DNA of 64,000 nt, from positions 6,758,001-6,822,000 of the forward strand of contig CM022672.1 in assembly GCA_012295275.1 (NCBI GenBank). The letters run 5' to 3'. The notes below the pieces were generated by a model. The model searched no databases and was not told where the DNA came from. It saw nothing but the letters and a program-made list of their open reading frames with translations. The stretch is from Chrysomallon squamiferum. Lineage: Eukaryota > Animalia > Mollusca. Positions 18,176-35,300 of this stretch are shown here, piece after piece. A program made the position numbers and the translations under genes. Within the stretch, counting starts at the first letter, position 1; every line of letters begins with the position of its first letter.

Positions 18176-19630
18176 TTTTTACTTCAGAAAGTTATGACAC
18201 TGAAAGACACTTAGTAATGTAAGAAATCTGGGGGCTGTTATTAGAGTACGTTATACATTTTATTATTTTTGTCTTAATTTGTTTAAAAGGTCGTGTTCAC
18301 GGCTTGCTAGTTCGTGTTTCTCACACTTAGATTTAACGAGCAATGCTTTACATGACATAAACATAACTTTCGCTTGGAAAAGTATTTTGTATCATTGATT
18401 CCAGAAATCGGTAGCAGTTGTCATCAGTATGCTTAATTATATATTTGTTTTTAATTTCATTCGTATTTTTACAATTTTTTTTTTTTTTTTTTTAAATCAC
18501 TGTTATGATTATATAACATTTTCCCTTTCAAAGGAATCTGTGTTTAATCAAAGTTAAAAATAAAGCTGTATTAAATGTGTTTAATCAAATGACGTTATTT
18601 GTTGACATGTCGCTGAAACAAAATTTTCATGCTTTGCGCGCCAAATCATTAAACTTAATGACATTCGCAGTACAGTACAGAATCTTATTCATTATGCATT
18701 AATAACATAATTCCCATGATTTTATGTCCGTAATATTCGTAACTGTTTTCACAACACTGTTTGCATGTTCTTATTATTGCTAAAACATGTTTAAAACATC
18801 AACAAAACCATCTTTACACGTGATGTGTACTTTAACAACGTCTACTTAATTTGTTTACGAGATGAGCAAACCATAACTCTTGTAACAAAGATCGCAAATA
18901 AAATAACAGCCACAATTTCAAATTAATATTATCAAACGCATGAAATTTGTTACGAATTTTTGCTTTTTGGATCAGTTTTTAATATGGCTGATACCATACA
19001 CTTTTCCGTTTGATCGTACGTGTGTGAGGTCAGATCAAACAGGTAAGCGAAATGTAACGGAAATCTGAAGAGCGACTTCCTGTTTACTTGCTGATATCGC
19101 CAGAAGAGAATAACAGGTCTCGATCTAATTGGAGGTAAAATTTCTGAAGTATAGCCTCGTTAACCAATGTTTATGCCTATATTAAAGCGTCGAATGACGG
19201 TGAGATACGGTTTGAGAAACTGTAGACTTCTTTTATAATATTTAATATAGACGATGTGACGAAAGTAGTTTATCGTGTTTTTGAAGATTTAAAAAAAATA
19301 CAACATTATTTTATTAATAATAATAAACTTGAGAATAAAATTATATTTTCAAATCTGAAATAAATTTCAGAATTGTGGCAGACCTTCTAAATTATATTAT
19401 ATTATATTATATTATATTCTATTATATAAAAGAAGAGAACAGAACAAAATAGAATAGGTAAAGAAGTATATTTTGATAACCTTTTAATCAGTGTCACGTC
19501 TTACATATTTTAATGGATCTAAAGATCTTGCCTACGCCTTCATACGATTTCTTAGAGTTCCCGGTACAAGACATCTATTACGATGGAACTATATATATTT
19601 TGAAGCAAATAATAATAAAAAAAAATAATA

Positions 19631-19666
<36 letters not shown>

Positions 19667-19960
19667 ATAATTGATCTAATCAGTGCTGAAAGAAGTATAA
19701 TTATTATAATACGGTTTTGGGTTTTTTTTTTTCGTTTGCTGTATTTGTGCTCATATGATCAAAGCAATGTAATATTAACTATAACAATAACATTCAATTC
19801 CAGACTACTGTAACAACAACAACAGTAATAATAATAATAATAATAGTAATAATAATAATCATAATAACAACAACAACAACAACAACAACTACAACAACAA
19901 CAACAACAGTAATAATAACAACAATAATAAAAAACAAAATATACAATTTTCAGATTAGTT

Positions 19961-22752
<2,792 letters not shown>

Positions 22753-23045
22753 CTGAAACAAACATCTATAGCTCTAACAAACTAACGAACGAACAAACGA
22801 ACAAACAAAACAACGATAGAACGAACAAACCAAAAAAAAAGCAGCAAATAAATAAATAAGCGTAACAACAAAAACAAAACGACAAATGTTCACTTCATCA
22901 AGACTTAAAGCAAAGCCGATAGCTCGAACAAACCAACAAAATGATAATAAATTAATAAATATAATAAACGAAGAAATAATAAAAAAATTTAATTAATTAA
23001 TGATGCTTTATCGATAACCGTTATTATTAGTGGTATATATATATA

Positions 23046-26000
23046 CACACGGATTTTCAACTTTTGAAAATCGAATTTTTTCAAGTTTCGTTGAAAATGC
23101 TAGGGGTACCTTTTTCAAAGTGCAATAACTTTTTCTGTGCACGTGGGAAAAATCGGGCGCACATACCCAAAAGTGGGGCAAGGGTTGCCCTACACGGGTG
23201 AAAAGTGCCGCACGCCCCACCCAAGGGGAACAACTCGTTTCCGACACGCTTTTTCAAACGCATTTTCTAAAGGTGCAGCACCTTTGGAAAATGTTGGAAA
23301 CGATTTTGCCACACTCGCCCCGACGGCGCGCACCTTTTGCACACGTTGAAATATTTTTCCCGACCGCACGGAATAGTGCCACACGGATTTTCAACTTTTG
23401 AAAATCGAATTTTTTCAAGTTTCGTTGAAAATGCTAGGGGTACCTTTTTCAAAGTGCAATAACTTTTTCTGTGCACGTGGGAAAAATCGGGCGGACGGGT
23501 GAAAATACCCCAACTCGTTGGGCACATATTTTGAAAATTTGCTCGTTTTTTTTCAAACGCAAAAGGGTTGCCCTACACGGGGGTGAAAAGTGCGCACGCC
23601 CCACCCAAGGGGAACAACTCGTTTCCGACACGTGCACAAAAACGCACATATTTTTGAAAATTTGCTCGTTTTTTTTTCAAACGCATTTTCTAAAGGTGCA
23701 GCACCTTTGGAAAATGTTGGAAACGATTTTGCCACACCCCCGCCACGGCGCGCACCTTTTGCACACGTTGAAATATTTTTCCCGACCGCACGGAATAGTG
23801 CCACACGGATTTTCAACTTTTGAAAATCGAATTTTTTCAAGTTTCGTTGAAAATGCTAGGGGTACCTTTTTCAAAGTGCAATAACTTTTTCTGTGCACGT
23901 GGGAAAAATCGGGCGCACATACCCAAAAGTGGGGCAAGGGTTGCCCTACACGGGTGAAAAGTGCCGCACGCCCCACCCAAGGGGAACAACTCGTTTCCGA
24001 CACGTGCACAAAAAACGCACATATTTTTGAAAATTTGCTCGTTTTTTTTTCAAACGCATTTTCTAAAGGTGCAGCACCTTTGGAAAATGTTGGAAACGAT
24101 TTTGCCACACTCGCCCCGACGGCGCGCACCTTTTGCACACGTTGAAATATTTTTCCCGACCGCACGGAATAGTGCCACACGGATTTTCAACTTTTGAAAA
24201 TCGAATTTTTTCAAGTTTCGTTGAAAATGCTAGGGGTACCTTTTTCAAAGTGCAATAACTTTTTCTGTGCACGTGGGAAAAATCGGGCGCACATAACCAA
24301 AAGTGGGGCAAGGGTTGCCCTACACGGGTGAAAAGTGCCGCCGCGCCCCCCCAAGGGGAACAACTCGTTTCCGACACGTGCACAAAAAACGCACATATTT
24401 TTGAAAATTTGCTCGTTTTTTTTTCAAACGCATTTTCTAAAGGTGCAGCACCTTTGGAAAATGTTGGAAACGATTTTGCCACACTCGCCCCGACGGCGCG
24501 CACCTTTTGCACACGTTGAAATATTTTTCCCGACCGCACGGAATAGTGCCACACGGATTTTCAACTTTTGAAAATCGAATTTTTTCAAGTTTCGTTGAAA
24601 ATGCTAGGGGTACCTTTTTCAAAGTGCAATAACTTTTTCTGTGCACGTGGGAAAAATCGGGCGCACATACCCAAAAAGTGGGCAAGGGTTGCCCTACACG
24701 GGTGAAAAGTGCCGCACGCCCCACCCAAGGGGAACAACTCGTTTCCGACACGTGCACAAAAAACGCACATATTTTTGAAAATTTGCTCGTTTTTTTTTCA
24801 AACGCATTTTCTAAAGGTGCAGCACCTTTGGAAAATGTTGGAAACGATTTTGCCACACTCGCCCCGACGGCGCGCACCTTTTGCACACGTTGAAATATTT
24901 TTCCCGACCGCACGGAATAGTGCCACACGGATTTTCAACTTTTGAAAATCGAATTTTTTCAAGTTTCGTTGAAAATGCTAGGGGTACCTTTTTCAAAGTG
25001 CAATAACTTTTTCTGTGCACGTGGGAAAAATCGGGCGCACATACCCAAAAGTGGGGCAAGGGTTGCCCTACACGGGTGAAAAGTGCCGCACGCCCCACCC
25101 AAGGGGAACAACTCGTTTCCGACACGTGCACAAAAAAACGCATATTTTTGAAAATTTGCTCGTTTTTTTTTCAAACGCATTTTCTAAAGGTGCAGCACCT
25201 TTGGAAAATGTTGGAAACGATTTTGCCACACCTCGCCCCGACGGCGCGCACCTTTTGCACACGTTGAAATATTTTTCCCGACCGCACGGAATAGTGCCAC
25301 ACGGATTTTCAACTTTTGAAAATCGAATTTTTCAAGTTTCGTTGAAAATGCTAGGGGTACCTTTTTCAAAGTGCAATAACTTTTTCTGTGCACGTGGGAA
25401 AAATCGGGCGCACATACCCAAAAGTGGGGCAAGGGTTGCCCTACACGGGTGAAAAGTGCCGCGCGCCCCACCCAAGGGGAACAACTCGTTTCCGACACGT
25501 GCACAAAAAACGCACATATTTTTGAAAATTTGCTCGTTTTTTTTTCAAACGCATTTTCTAAAGGTGCAGCACCTTTGGAAAATGTTGGAAACGATTTTGC
25601 CACACTCGCCCCGACGGCGCGCACCTTTTGCACACGTTGAAATATTTTTCCCGACCGCACGGAATAGTGCCACACGGATTTTCAACTTTTGAAAATCGAA
25701 TTTTTTCAAGTTTCGTTGAAAATGCTAGGGGTACCTTTTTCAAAGTGCAATAACTTTTTTGTGCACGTGGGAAAAATCGGGCGCACATACCCAAAAAAAG
25801 GGGGCAAGGGTTGTACACACGGGTGAAAGTGCCGCCGCACGCCCCACCCAAGGGGAACAACTCGTTTCCGACACGTGCACAAAAAACGCACATATTTTTG
25901 AAAATTTGCTCTTTTTTTTTTCAAACGCATTTTCTAAAGGTGCAGCACCTTTGGAAAATGTTGGAAACGATTTTGCCACACTCGCCCCGACGGCGCGCAC

Positions 26001-28421
26001 CTTTTGCACACGTTGAAATATTTTTCCCGACCGCACGGAATAGTGCCACACGGATTTTCAACTTTTGAAAATCGAATTTTTTCAAGTTTCGTTGAAAATG
26101 CTAGGGGTACCTTTTTCAAAGTGCAATAACTTTTTCTGTGCACGTGGGAAAAATCGGGCGCACATACCCAAAAGTGGGGCAAGGGTTGCCCTACACGGGT
26201 GAAAAGTGCCGCACGCCCCACCCAAGGGGAACAACTCGTTTCCGACACGTGCACAAAAAACGCACATATTTTTGAAAATTTGCTCGTTTTTTTTTCAAAC
26301 GCATTTTCTAAAGGTGCAGCACCTTTGGAAAATGTTGGAAACGATTTTGCCACACTCGCCCCGACGGCGCGCACCTTTTGCACACGTTGAAATATTTTTC
26401 CCGACCGCACGGAATAGTGCCACACGGATTTTCAACTTTTGAAAATCGAATTTTTTCAAGTTTCGTTGAAAATGCTAGGGGTACCTTTTTCAAAGTGCAA
26501 TAACTTTTTCTGTGCACGTGGGAAAAATCGGGCGCACATACCAAAAAAGTGGGGGGCAAGGGTTGCCCACACGGGTGAAAAGTGCCGCACGCCCCACCCA
26601 AAGGGGAACAACTCGTTTCCGACACGTGCACAAAAAAACGCACATATTTTTTGAAAATTTGCTCGTTTTTTTTTCAAACGCATTTTCTAAAGGTGCAGCA
26701 CCTTTGGAAAATGTTGGAAACGATTTTGCCACACTCGCCCCGACGGCGCGCACCTTTTGCACACGTTGAAATATTTTTCCCGACCGCACGGAATAGTGCC
26801 ACACGGATTTTCAACTTTGAAAATCGAATTTTTTTTCAAGTTTCGTTGAAAATGCTAGGGGTACCTTTTTTTCAAAGTGCAATAACTTTTTTTCTGTGCA
26901 CGTGGGAAAAATCGGGCGCACATACCCAAAAGTGGGGCAAGGGTTGCCCTACACGGGTGAAAAGTGCCGCACGCCCCACCCAAGGGGAACAACTCGTTTC
27001 CGACACGTGCACAAAAAACGCACATATTTTTGAAAATTTGCTCGTTTTTTTTTCAAACGCATTTTCTAAAGGTGCAGCACCTTTGGAAAATGTTGGAAAC
27101 GATTTTGCCACACTCGCCCCGACGGCGCGCACCTTTTGCACACGTTGAAATATTTTTCCCGACCGCACGGAATAGTGCCACACGGATTTTCAACTTTTGA
27201 AAATCGAATTTTTTTCAAGTTTCGTTGAAAATGCTAGGGGTACCTTTTTCAAAGTGCAATAACTTTTTCTGTGCACGTGGGAAAAATCGGGCGCACATAC
27301 CCAAAAGTGGGGCAAGGGTTGCCCTACACGGGTGAAAAGTGCCGCACGCCCCCCCAAGGGGAACAACTCGTTTCCGACACGTGCACAAAAAACGCACATA
27401 TTTTGAAAATTTTTCGTTTTCGTTTTTTTCAAACGCATTTTCTAAAGGTGCAGCACCTTTGGAAAATGTTGGAAACGATTTTGCCACACTCGCCCCGACG
27501 GCGCGCACCTTTTGCACACGTTGAAATATTTTTCCCGACCGCACGGAATAGTGCCACACGGATTTTCAACTTTTGAAAATCGAATTTTTCAAGTTTCGTT
27601 GAAAATGCTAGGGGTACCTTTTTCAAAGTGCAATAACTTTTTCTGTGCACGTGGGAAAAATCGGGCGCACATACCCAAAAGTGGGGCAAGGGTTGCCCTA
27701 CACGGGGTGAAAGTGCCGCCGCACCCCCCCACCCAAGGGGAACAACTCGTTTCCGACACGTGCACAAAAAACGCACATATTTTTGAAAATTTGCTCGTTT
27801 TTTTTTCAAACGCATTTTCTAAAGGTGCAGCACCTTTGGAAAATGTTGGAAACGATTTTGCACACACGCCCGCCCCCCGACGGCGCGCACCTTTTGCACA
27901 CGTTGAAATATTTTTCCCGACCGCACGGAATAGTGCCACACGGATTTTCAACTTTTGAAAATCGAATTTTTTCAAGTTTCGTTGAAAATGCTAGGGGTAC
28001 CTTTTTCAAAGTGCAATAACTTTTTCTGTGCACGTGGGAAAAATCGGGCGCACATACCCAAAAGTGGGGCAAGGGTTGCCCTACACGGGTGAAAAGTGCC
28101 GCACGCCCCACCCAAGGGGAACAACTCGTTTCCGACACGTGCACAAAAAACGCACATATTTTTGAAAATTTGCTCGTTTTTTTTTCAAACGCATTTTCTA
28201 AAGGTGCAGCACCTTTGGAAAATGTTGGAAACGATTTTGCCACACTCGCCCCGACGGCGCGCACCTTTTGCACACGTTGAAATATTTTTCCCGACCGCAC
28301 GGAATAGTGCCACACGGATTTTCAACTTTTGAAAATCGAATTTTTTCAAGTTTCGTTGAAAATGCTAGGGGTACCTTTTTCAAAGTGCAATAACTTTTTC
28401 TGTGCACGTGGAAAATCGGGC
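23046..28421. repeat. Tandem satellite DNA, 374-bp monomer, ~14.4 copies, truncated by the assembly gap
   Basis: The monomer start CACACGGATTTTCAACTTTTG recurs at 23046, 23380, 23802, 24176, 24550, 24924, 25298, 25671, 26047, 26421, 26800, 27179, 27555, 27937 and 28311. It is far richer in GC and CpG than its flanks. The first two units are rearranged (334 and 422 bp). Confidence 0.97.
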
Positions 28422-28621
28422 NNNNNNNNNNNNNNNNNNNNNNNNNNNNNNNNNNNNNNNNNNNNNNNNNNNNNNNNNNNNNNNNNNNNNNNNNNNNNNN
28501 NNNNNNNNNNNNNNNNNNNNNNNNNNNNNNNNNNNNNNNNNNNNNNNNNNNNNNNNNNNNNNNNNNNNNNNNNNNNNNNNNNNNNNNNNNNNNNNNNNNN
28601 NNNNNNNNNNNNNNNNNNNNN
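28422..28621. other. Assembly gap (200 N)
   Basis: Exactly 200 N, the pattern of a fixed-size scaffolding spacer; the true length is unknown. Confidence 0.99.
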
Positions 28622-28976
28622 AATACTATTTGTCTGGATGAAAAAAGATATGTGCAGTAGATTACATTCTGTTAAAAAAATAATTTCTAATAATTGTTTG
28701 ATGACTTTGGTATTTTGATTTTAAAAATGTCTTAATATGTGTGAATGAAACTGATTTAAAAAAAAAAATGAAATAAAAATACTTGTATAAAATGAATATT
28801 CATTTGAAATCATTAAGATTCTACTGGTTATAAACCATATAAAATAACTGAAAAGAAATATATGTTACCATCAGTAACATGTCTTTTAAATATTGAAAAA
28901 CAAAATTGACAATCATCTGACAGTGACGCTTGTTATTATCAATAAAGTTTACATTTAAAAATGTGACTAAAAAAAA

Positions 28977-29064
<88 letters not shown>

Positions 29065-29150
29065 TTTGTTACTGAATTTATTAATTTTTAAACCACTTTT
29101 AAATTAAGAGAAGAGTGAAATATCAAAAATTAATAATGAAATGAACTCAC

Positions 29151-29911
29151 CGACTGCCCCAGTCACCATCAGTTTACTGATGAACATTATGAAGTCAGCC
29201 ACTCGGTCAAGAACGAAAGTCCTGAACAAAAATAAAAAATAAAACACTGTAAGGGAAAAATGGTCACTTAATGTCATTACGCCAAAAAAAGAGGAATATA
29301 GCTGGAAATATCTCGTATTTTTATTAAAACATTTGTTATTTTACTACTGATAAACAGATTTTCAATAAGGAAAGGAGATAAATTGCATCTGCAGTCACAG
29401 ACTCCATTCTTGTACATTATTGAACTGTTATCATAATATCTGTAATTTTTTATCTCTTGCAACAGGGTCAGTATTTCATGATGAAATTTAATCATTTCTA
29501 ATGGTGTTATTAAGTGTTATGGTAATTTCCACAAAAAGAAGTAAAGTATGTATCAGCTTATCTACTAATGATTTTATGGACTTGTGAAAATGTGTGTAGA
29601 TTCAGTGTGGGTAACTATCAGAGAACTGCTGAATGAGATCTCACCTGATTATGTTTCTCATAATGAGGAAAAATCCTTCTTTGGCTGCGGTGCAGAAATT
29701 CATACCATAGATTGCAGTCTGAAATGAAAACATTGGTTTCATTAAATTATATACAAATTACATTTTTATGAATTTTCTTCCTATTTTAATACATTTGTTT
29801 TCCACTAAAAATTTCATTTCAAAAACAACTTTAATAATAATAATAAGAAGAAGACTGATGATGATGATGATGATAATAATAATTTAATTATAATAATTAT
29901 AATAATAATAA

Positions 29912-29950
<39 letters not shown>

Positions 29951-30889
29951 ATACAAATAACCTTTTAATGAAGAGTTAAGATTTTGTAAAGAAGATTATA
30001 AATAAAACCAAGGATCTTAGAACAAGTTTAGAAAAATGCAGATGAAATAACAGAAATGAAAATTTTCGGCTGATTCTGTATAAAAACAAAGAGTTGTACT
30101 GAGCAGCTTTAGAACTGAAATGATTCACACGGGCTATACCACTTTGTCACTAGCGAATCTTATTAATGTACACCACTATATCATTCAGTTTCAACTTCAA
30201 TATATTTTATTTAAATAACCCATTCATTATTTAAATGCATATAATCCCAGTTTATGTATTTAAATAAAATAAACTTACCATAATGTAAGCATTTTTATTA
30301 ATAAACTTCAGTATTTTCTCCAGACACCAGAAACAGCATCTCATACACCTGAAAATAAAAATAAACAAATACAAAATAAATATACAAAATAAATATATAT
30401 ATATATATATATATATAAAAATTTTAAAAATTTAAAATAAATAAATGAAATGTATGTGTACATTAACCTTCCAGATTTTGTTTTATTGTAATTATATTAT
30501 TCCTCCAAGAAATTACTGAATTCTTCAACTGTATTTAAATTGTCTGCTTAAATATTAAAAGTACTTACTTGACAACAAATTTTGCCACTGCATTCTCAGA
30601 ACTCTTGAGTTTTCTGTCAAGGTATCCAAGGAAAGCTCGAATGATCTGAATAATGGCAATAATCAGAGAGCCAAAGGCCAAAGTGCCCAAATGATACCTG
30701 AAAAAAAAGAGAATAATAATAAATAAATAAATATATAAATAAATAAATAAATAAATAATAAAATAAAATAAACAAATAATAATAAGAAGAAGAAGAAGAA
30801 GAAGAAGAAAAAGAAGATCTAAAAATCTACAACTACATTTATCAAAATTTTAAATATCTGATTATTATTATTGTTATTAATTATTATTA

Positions 30890-30944
<55 letters not shown>

Positions 30945-30966
30945 ATCATCATCATCATTATTGTTA

Positions 30967-31025
<59 letters not shown>

Positions 31026-32262
31026 TAATCTTCTGACAGTGACAAAGAAAACTAAGATCAACACTAAGTAGGGAGATTAAAAAGTTAAGCAATGAAACAA
31101 TTTGCATGATGCAGCATCACAAAATATTGCAGCAAACTGGAAGTTTATACATTCTTTACTGCAACTAATAATTCAAAATTACTTTCCTTGTTATTAAAAT
31201 AATCTTTTAACTGCGCAAATGCATATTTCTTTTAAATGTTTTGTAAAAGATTTTTTTATATTTCTTACTCAACCTTTGTCTTAAAATCACACATCTTTTT
31301 TAAGTTCATTTATTTCATTCTTTGTTATAAAAATAATTTTCAAAAATAATTTTCTTTTTTTTTTTTTTACTTTAATTTGTTAATGATACTGGCTTCAAAG
31401 TAACACTTGAAACAACTGTCATTTATACACAATTATAAAAAAAAATAATAATAATTAAACAATTTAAAAAAGGAGAAACAGAAGTTTTAGCAACATCATC
31501 ACCACACCTGAGAGATCTGTAAAAAGCCGATGCCAACGGTGTGGCTGGAATGTCTCGCGGTTTCTCGTAGGCCCAGTAATACGACGCGAACGCCCCAGCC
31601 AACGTCATCTGTCCCAGAGCGACAACGAAGTTCATGAGCCAGAAAAACATGAACAGCATGAACACCTGCATGTAAATTGTGTACCTGAAAGACAAAACAT
31701 TTGTCTCACCATTGAATCCTTTAGACGTTTAAAAGTAAAGTTAAATAAACATCACTGGAGAACAATTTGTTTATTTTTATGTGATAGAATACTACAATAT
31801 CAAAACAAAAAGAAAACACCTCACAAAAATCTCATATATTTTTTTTTACCTCTTCTAAATTTTTCTCTTAGCAATGTCAGACTATATATTTCTTAATGAC
31901 AGAAACTCATAGCACAACTTTGTGTACTAAATGATAAGTAAAAAGAATCAGTCGTTATTTAATCAGCAAAAGAAGCAAACTTTACTAAGTTAATTCATTT
32001 TTAAATTCTTTTAGCTTTAATCAGTTTTGATAAAAAATAAAAAAAACTATAAAAAATTACTTACATTTATTGTTTAAAAATGCCAAAACATATTAATACT
32101 GCATACAGTAATATAAGCTATTAAAAGACAGAACATGAAATAAATGAGAAATCATTTGAAATCGGTACTTACTCATTTCCACCATATTTCACAAAATGAC
32201 AAAGTCTGTCTTGGACATTTGTGTCCTGCAAAAAATAATTTAATTATTTTGTCAATAAAGCT

Positions 32263-32309
<47 letters not shown>

Positions 32310-35300
32310 TGATTATTTTAAACTATTTTTTTTACAAATATTGCAAAATGTTTTTTGACAGAAAAAAATAATAATATTAAAAATATGTAAAACATTTGCG
32401 AGATGAGTCCAGTAAGTAAATAAGCAATCTTTAATGAAAAATAATGAAAAACGTACTCCAGGAGTACATGGAATTTGTCCAGTAATTTCACCAATCGCAT
32501 CAGTGGAGGTCGTGTTGGCAAGATTATACTGAGTGTCACCCATACTGGCAATGTAACTAGGAATACGTTAAAGAATTTGTAACCATTGGGAAAACAAAAT
32601 AATGAAAATTTAAGAATGTAAATAAATGTTAAATTTGATTCCACTGTAGGCAAGGTTTATTCATATATATATACACTAATGTTTTACAAAAGGATACACA
32701 GCTGCTGAACCATAATACACAACAATCATAACTTGAAGTAAGAATGGTATTATTGGCCAAAACAGTGTGGACATCATATATCCAATTGCTCTGTAATATA
32801 AATAATATAAGTACACAGGTATATATATATATAAGGTATGGTATGGTATATTATACACATGATACATATATCGTTATAAAAATACATTTCAATTGTTCAA
32901 ATAGAACCATACCTATTTATTGCATTATTCTACTGTTTGAAGTCAAAATTTGCAAACAAAGTTTCATTCTACAACTATATAAAGCTAAATATGTGTTGCA
33001 TTAAATGCTTTATGTACGTAATAGTTTTAAAAAATAATATTAAATAAGAAACCGTAAGCATTATTAATAGTGTGTTTTCAATTAAATATATATTTTATTA
33101 ATGTTAATTATAAAATAGAGCATTTTTTATGTTAACTGTACATTTTTATTCTTATAATGAAATAATTTAACATAATTTCATATTTTATATCATAGATATT
33201 TTACTATTCCATGTAAATATTTGCTTTTCTGTTTTTGCAGACCAAAAGATATTTATTTATGTATGTAGCGTATCTATTATATATCTAATATATAACATCA
33301 ACATCAAAGAAACTTTATGTGTGTAAAAAAAGAAAACATAAATTGCTGTTAACACACCTGCTGCCTTCTTCAATGAGTTTTATTGCGAGACGGATTCGAT
33401 TGACCAAAAAGAGCAGTATAAGAACAAACAGTACGAGTATTGTAGATACCGTACAACCTGAAATAATTATAATAATAAACATATAACATTATGAGGTATG
33501 TCTTTTTAAACAGTCAAAAACATTAAAAAAAAAAAAAAAAAATTATATACAGATATATGAAATGTAACTGAAGCACCACAATTTAAAGTTAAGAAAAATT
33601 ACAAAATTACCAAAAGCCAGCCAGGTTTGTTTCAAAGAAAGGTAGTAGCTGAAGTTGAGAGCAAAGGCTTGAGAAAACCCAAATTCTGATGTAATGTTTT
33701 GATTCTTCAGTTCATAGTATCTGGTAAAACTGTAGTAGCTTCCTGAAACACAGTAAATGAACACATTATGATACTAACACATCATTGAAACAAACCAGTA
33801 TTAATAAATCAGTGTATTAAATATTAAATATCTGTTAATTTAAAAACTGGTCATGATATGAGATAGGAAGCATATAATCAGGTTAACACATGCCATGATT
33901 TCTGATAAAGCAGTTGTGAGAAACTGTCTGTGATGGAACAAATGGAAATATGAAGGCGTAGCCGTAACTACACTGAAGGCAAATGCCTTGAACTGAAATT
34001 GATGATTTTTTTTTGGATTTTTTTTATACAAAGATTTTATTTAAAAAATATAAAATATAAATTGCTAGGATCAAGGATTTTGCATCTTTCAAGTCTTAGC
34101 TTCTGTGGAAGCCTTAATAAGTCCACAGTTCCCTCGCCCAGTTTGGTTTGCCTCACTCCACTTGGCAATTAAGTGTTTCTGCTTCATTTCAAAAAGAGTC
34201 TAGTTAAGATGATGGAAAGGCATTGAAAACTGCCTGGTCTAACCCACTGGTATTATTTTTATAGATAGCTGGTACTGAACTTATTGAAGCTTTTAAAATA
34301 TGTTGAAATTTTTCATGGGTACAGTTCATTGTGATAGAGATTGGTTAGAACATTCTAGCACTGATGAATCTTATTAATAATTACCACTACAATCATCAAA
34401 AATTGTTTCTTAACTTTTGTATTAATTCCTTGCTGTTAAATGTGATTTAAAAGAGTCAGGCACTGATTATCTTACCAGCATATAACATTATCTTGATGAC
34501 ACAAATTCACTCACACACTTTAAAACACGACAGAAGCAAACAGGACCATTCAGACCAATAGGATTCAAATTATTAATATTTTTTGTTTTTCTTTGTGGTT
34601 CAACTTCTCTGAATTTAAGATGTTCACTTGTTTAAGACACAATATCGATATCAGTAAGAATGTCCAGGCTCACAGAATTCAAAGAAACTGAAGTAAATTA
34701 AATTACCAAAGGCAAAGAGTGCCACAAAGGCAATCAGTGATGTCCAGACCATCACACCAACCAGCCACCGCATCAGAATGATCCACAAGAAGGAGATAGC
34801 CATAGCCATAGCCATACCACTGCAATAAACAAACAGAAACACTGTTTTAATGTAAATTAGGGTGAAAGACGATAATGATACTGCAGTTAATACTACTGCT
34901 GTTGCTGTTACTATTGTTAATACTGCTACTAATGCTTCAGATATTACAACCACTGTTAACATTATACACAACTACTTTTACTGTAACTACTAATATTACG
35001 ACTACTACAATTAATAATGTAATAATAATGATGATAATAATAAAAATATCAACTCATCACCAACATCAATAACTAAAAAAATTATACATTGAAATCAATT
35101 CATTTATTTGTCAAGAAAGAATTCAGTAATATACAGAAATTAAACTACTATACCAGCAGTAATTACATACATTGAAGTTTTAGATGAAAACAAACAAACA
35201 AAACAGCAACAACAACAAAAAAAATAAATAAATAAATAAATAATGTTTGAAAAATAGAAACTTTTACAATTTTACAATTATAAAAGCTATGGTTTATTTT

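Noticed and set aside
23085-23305. CENP-B box-like words TTTCGTTGAAAATGCTA and AATGTTGGAAACGATT in the satellite monomer
   Set aside because: Neither contains both essential parts (TTCG and CGGG) of the 17-bp box; the partial match is compatible with chance.
23008-28407. Dozens of 60-190 aa ORFs in the satellite
   Set aside because: They recur every 374 bp on both strands, change frame with homopolymer indels and have no recognisable domain.
22753-29150. Possible single gene or fusion linking SLC44 exon 20 (phase 1) to the GH-like exon 22752 (phase 1) across the gap
   Set aside because: The phases match but the proteins are unrelated, both genes lack their adjacent parts, and the join is an unsized scaffold gap.
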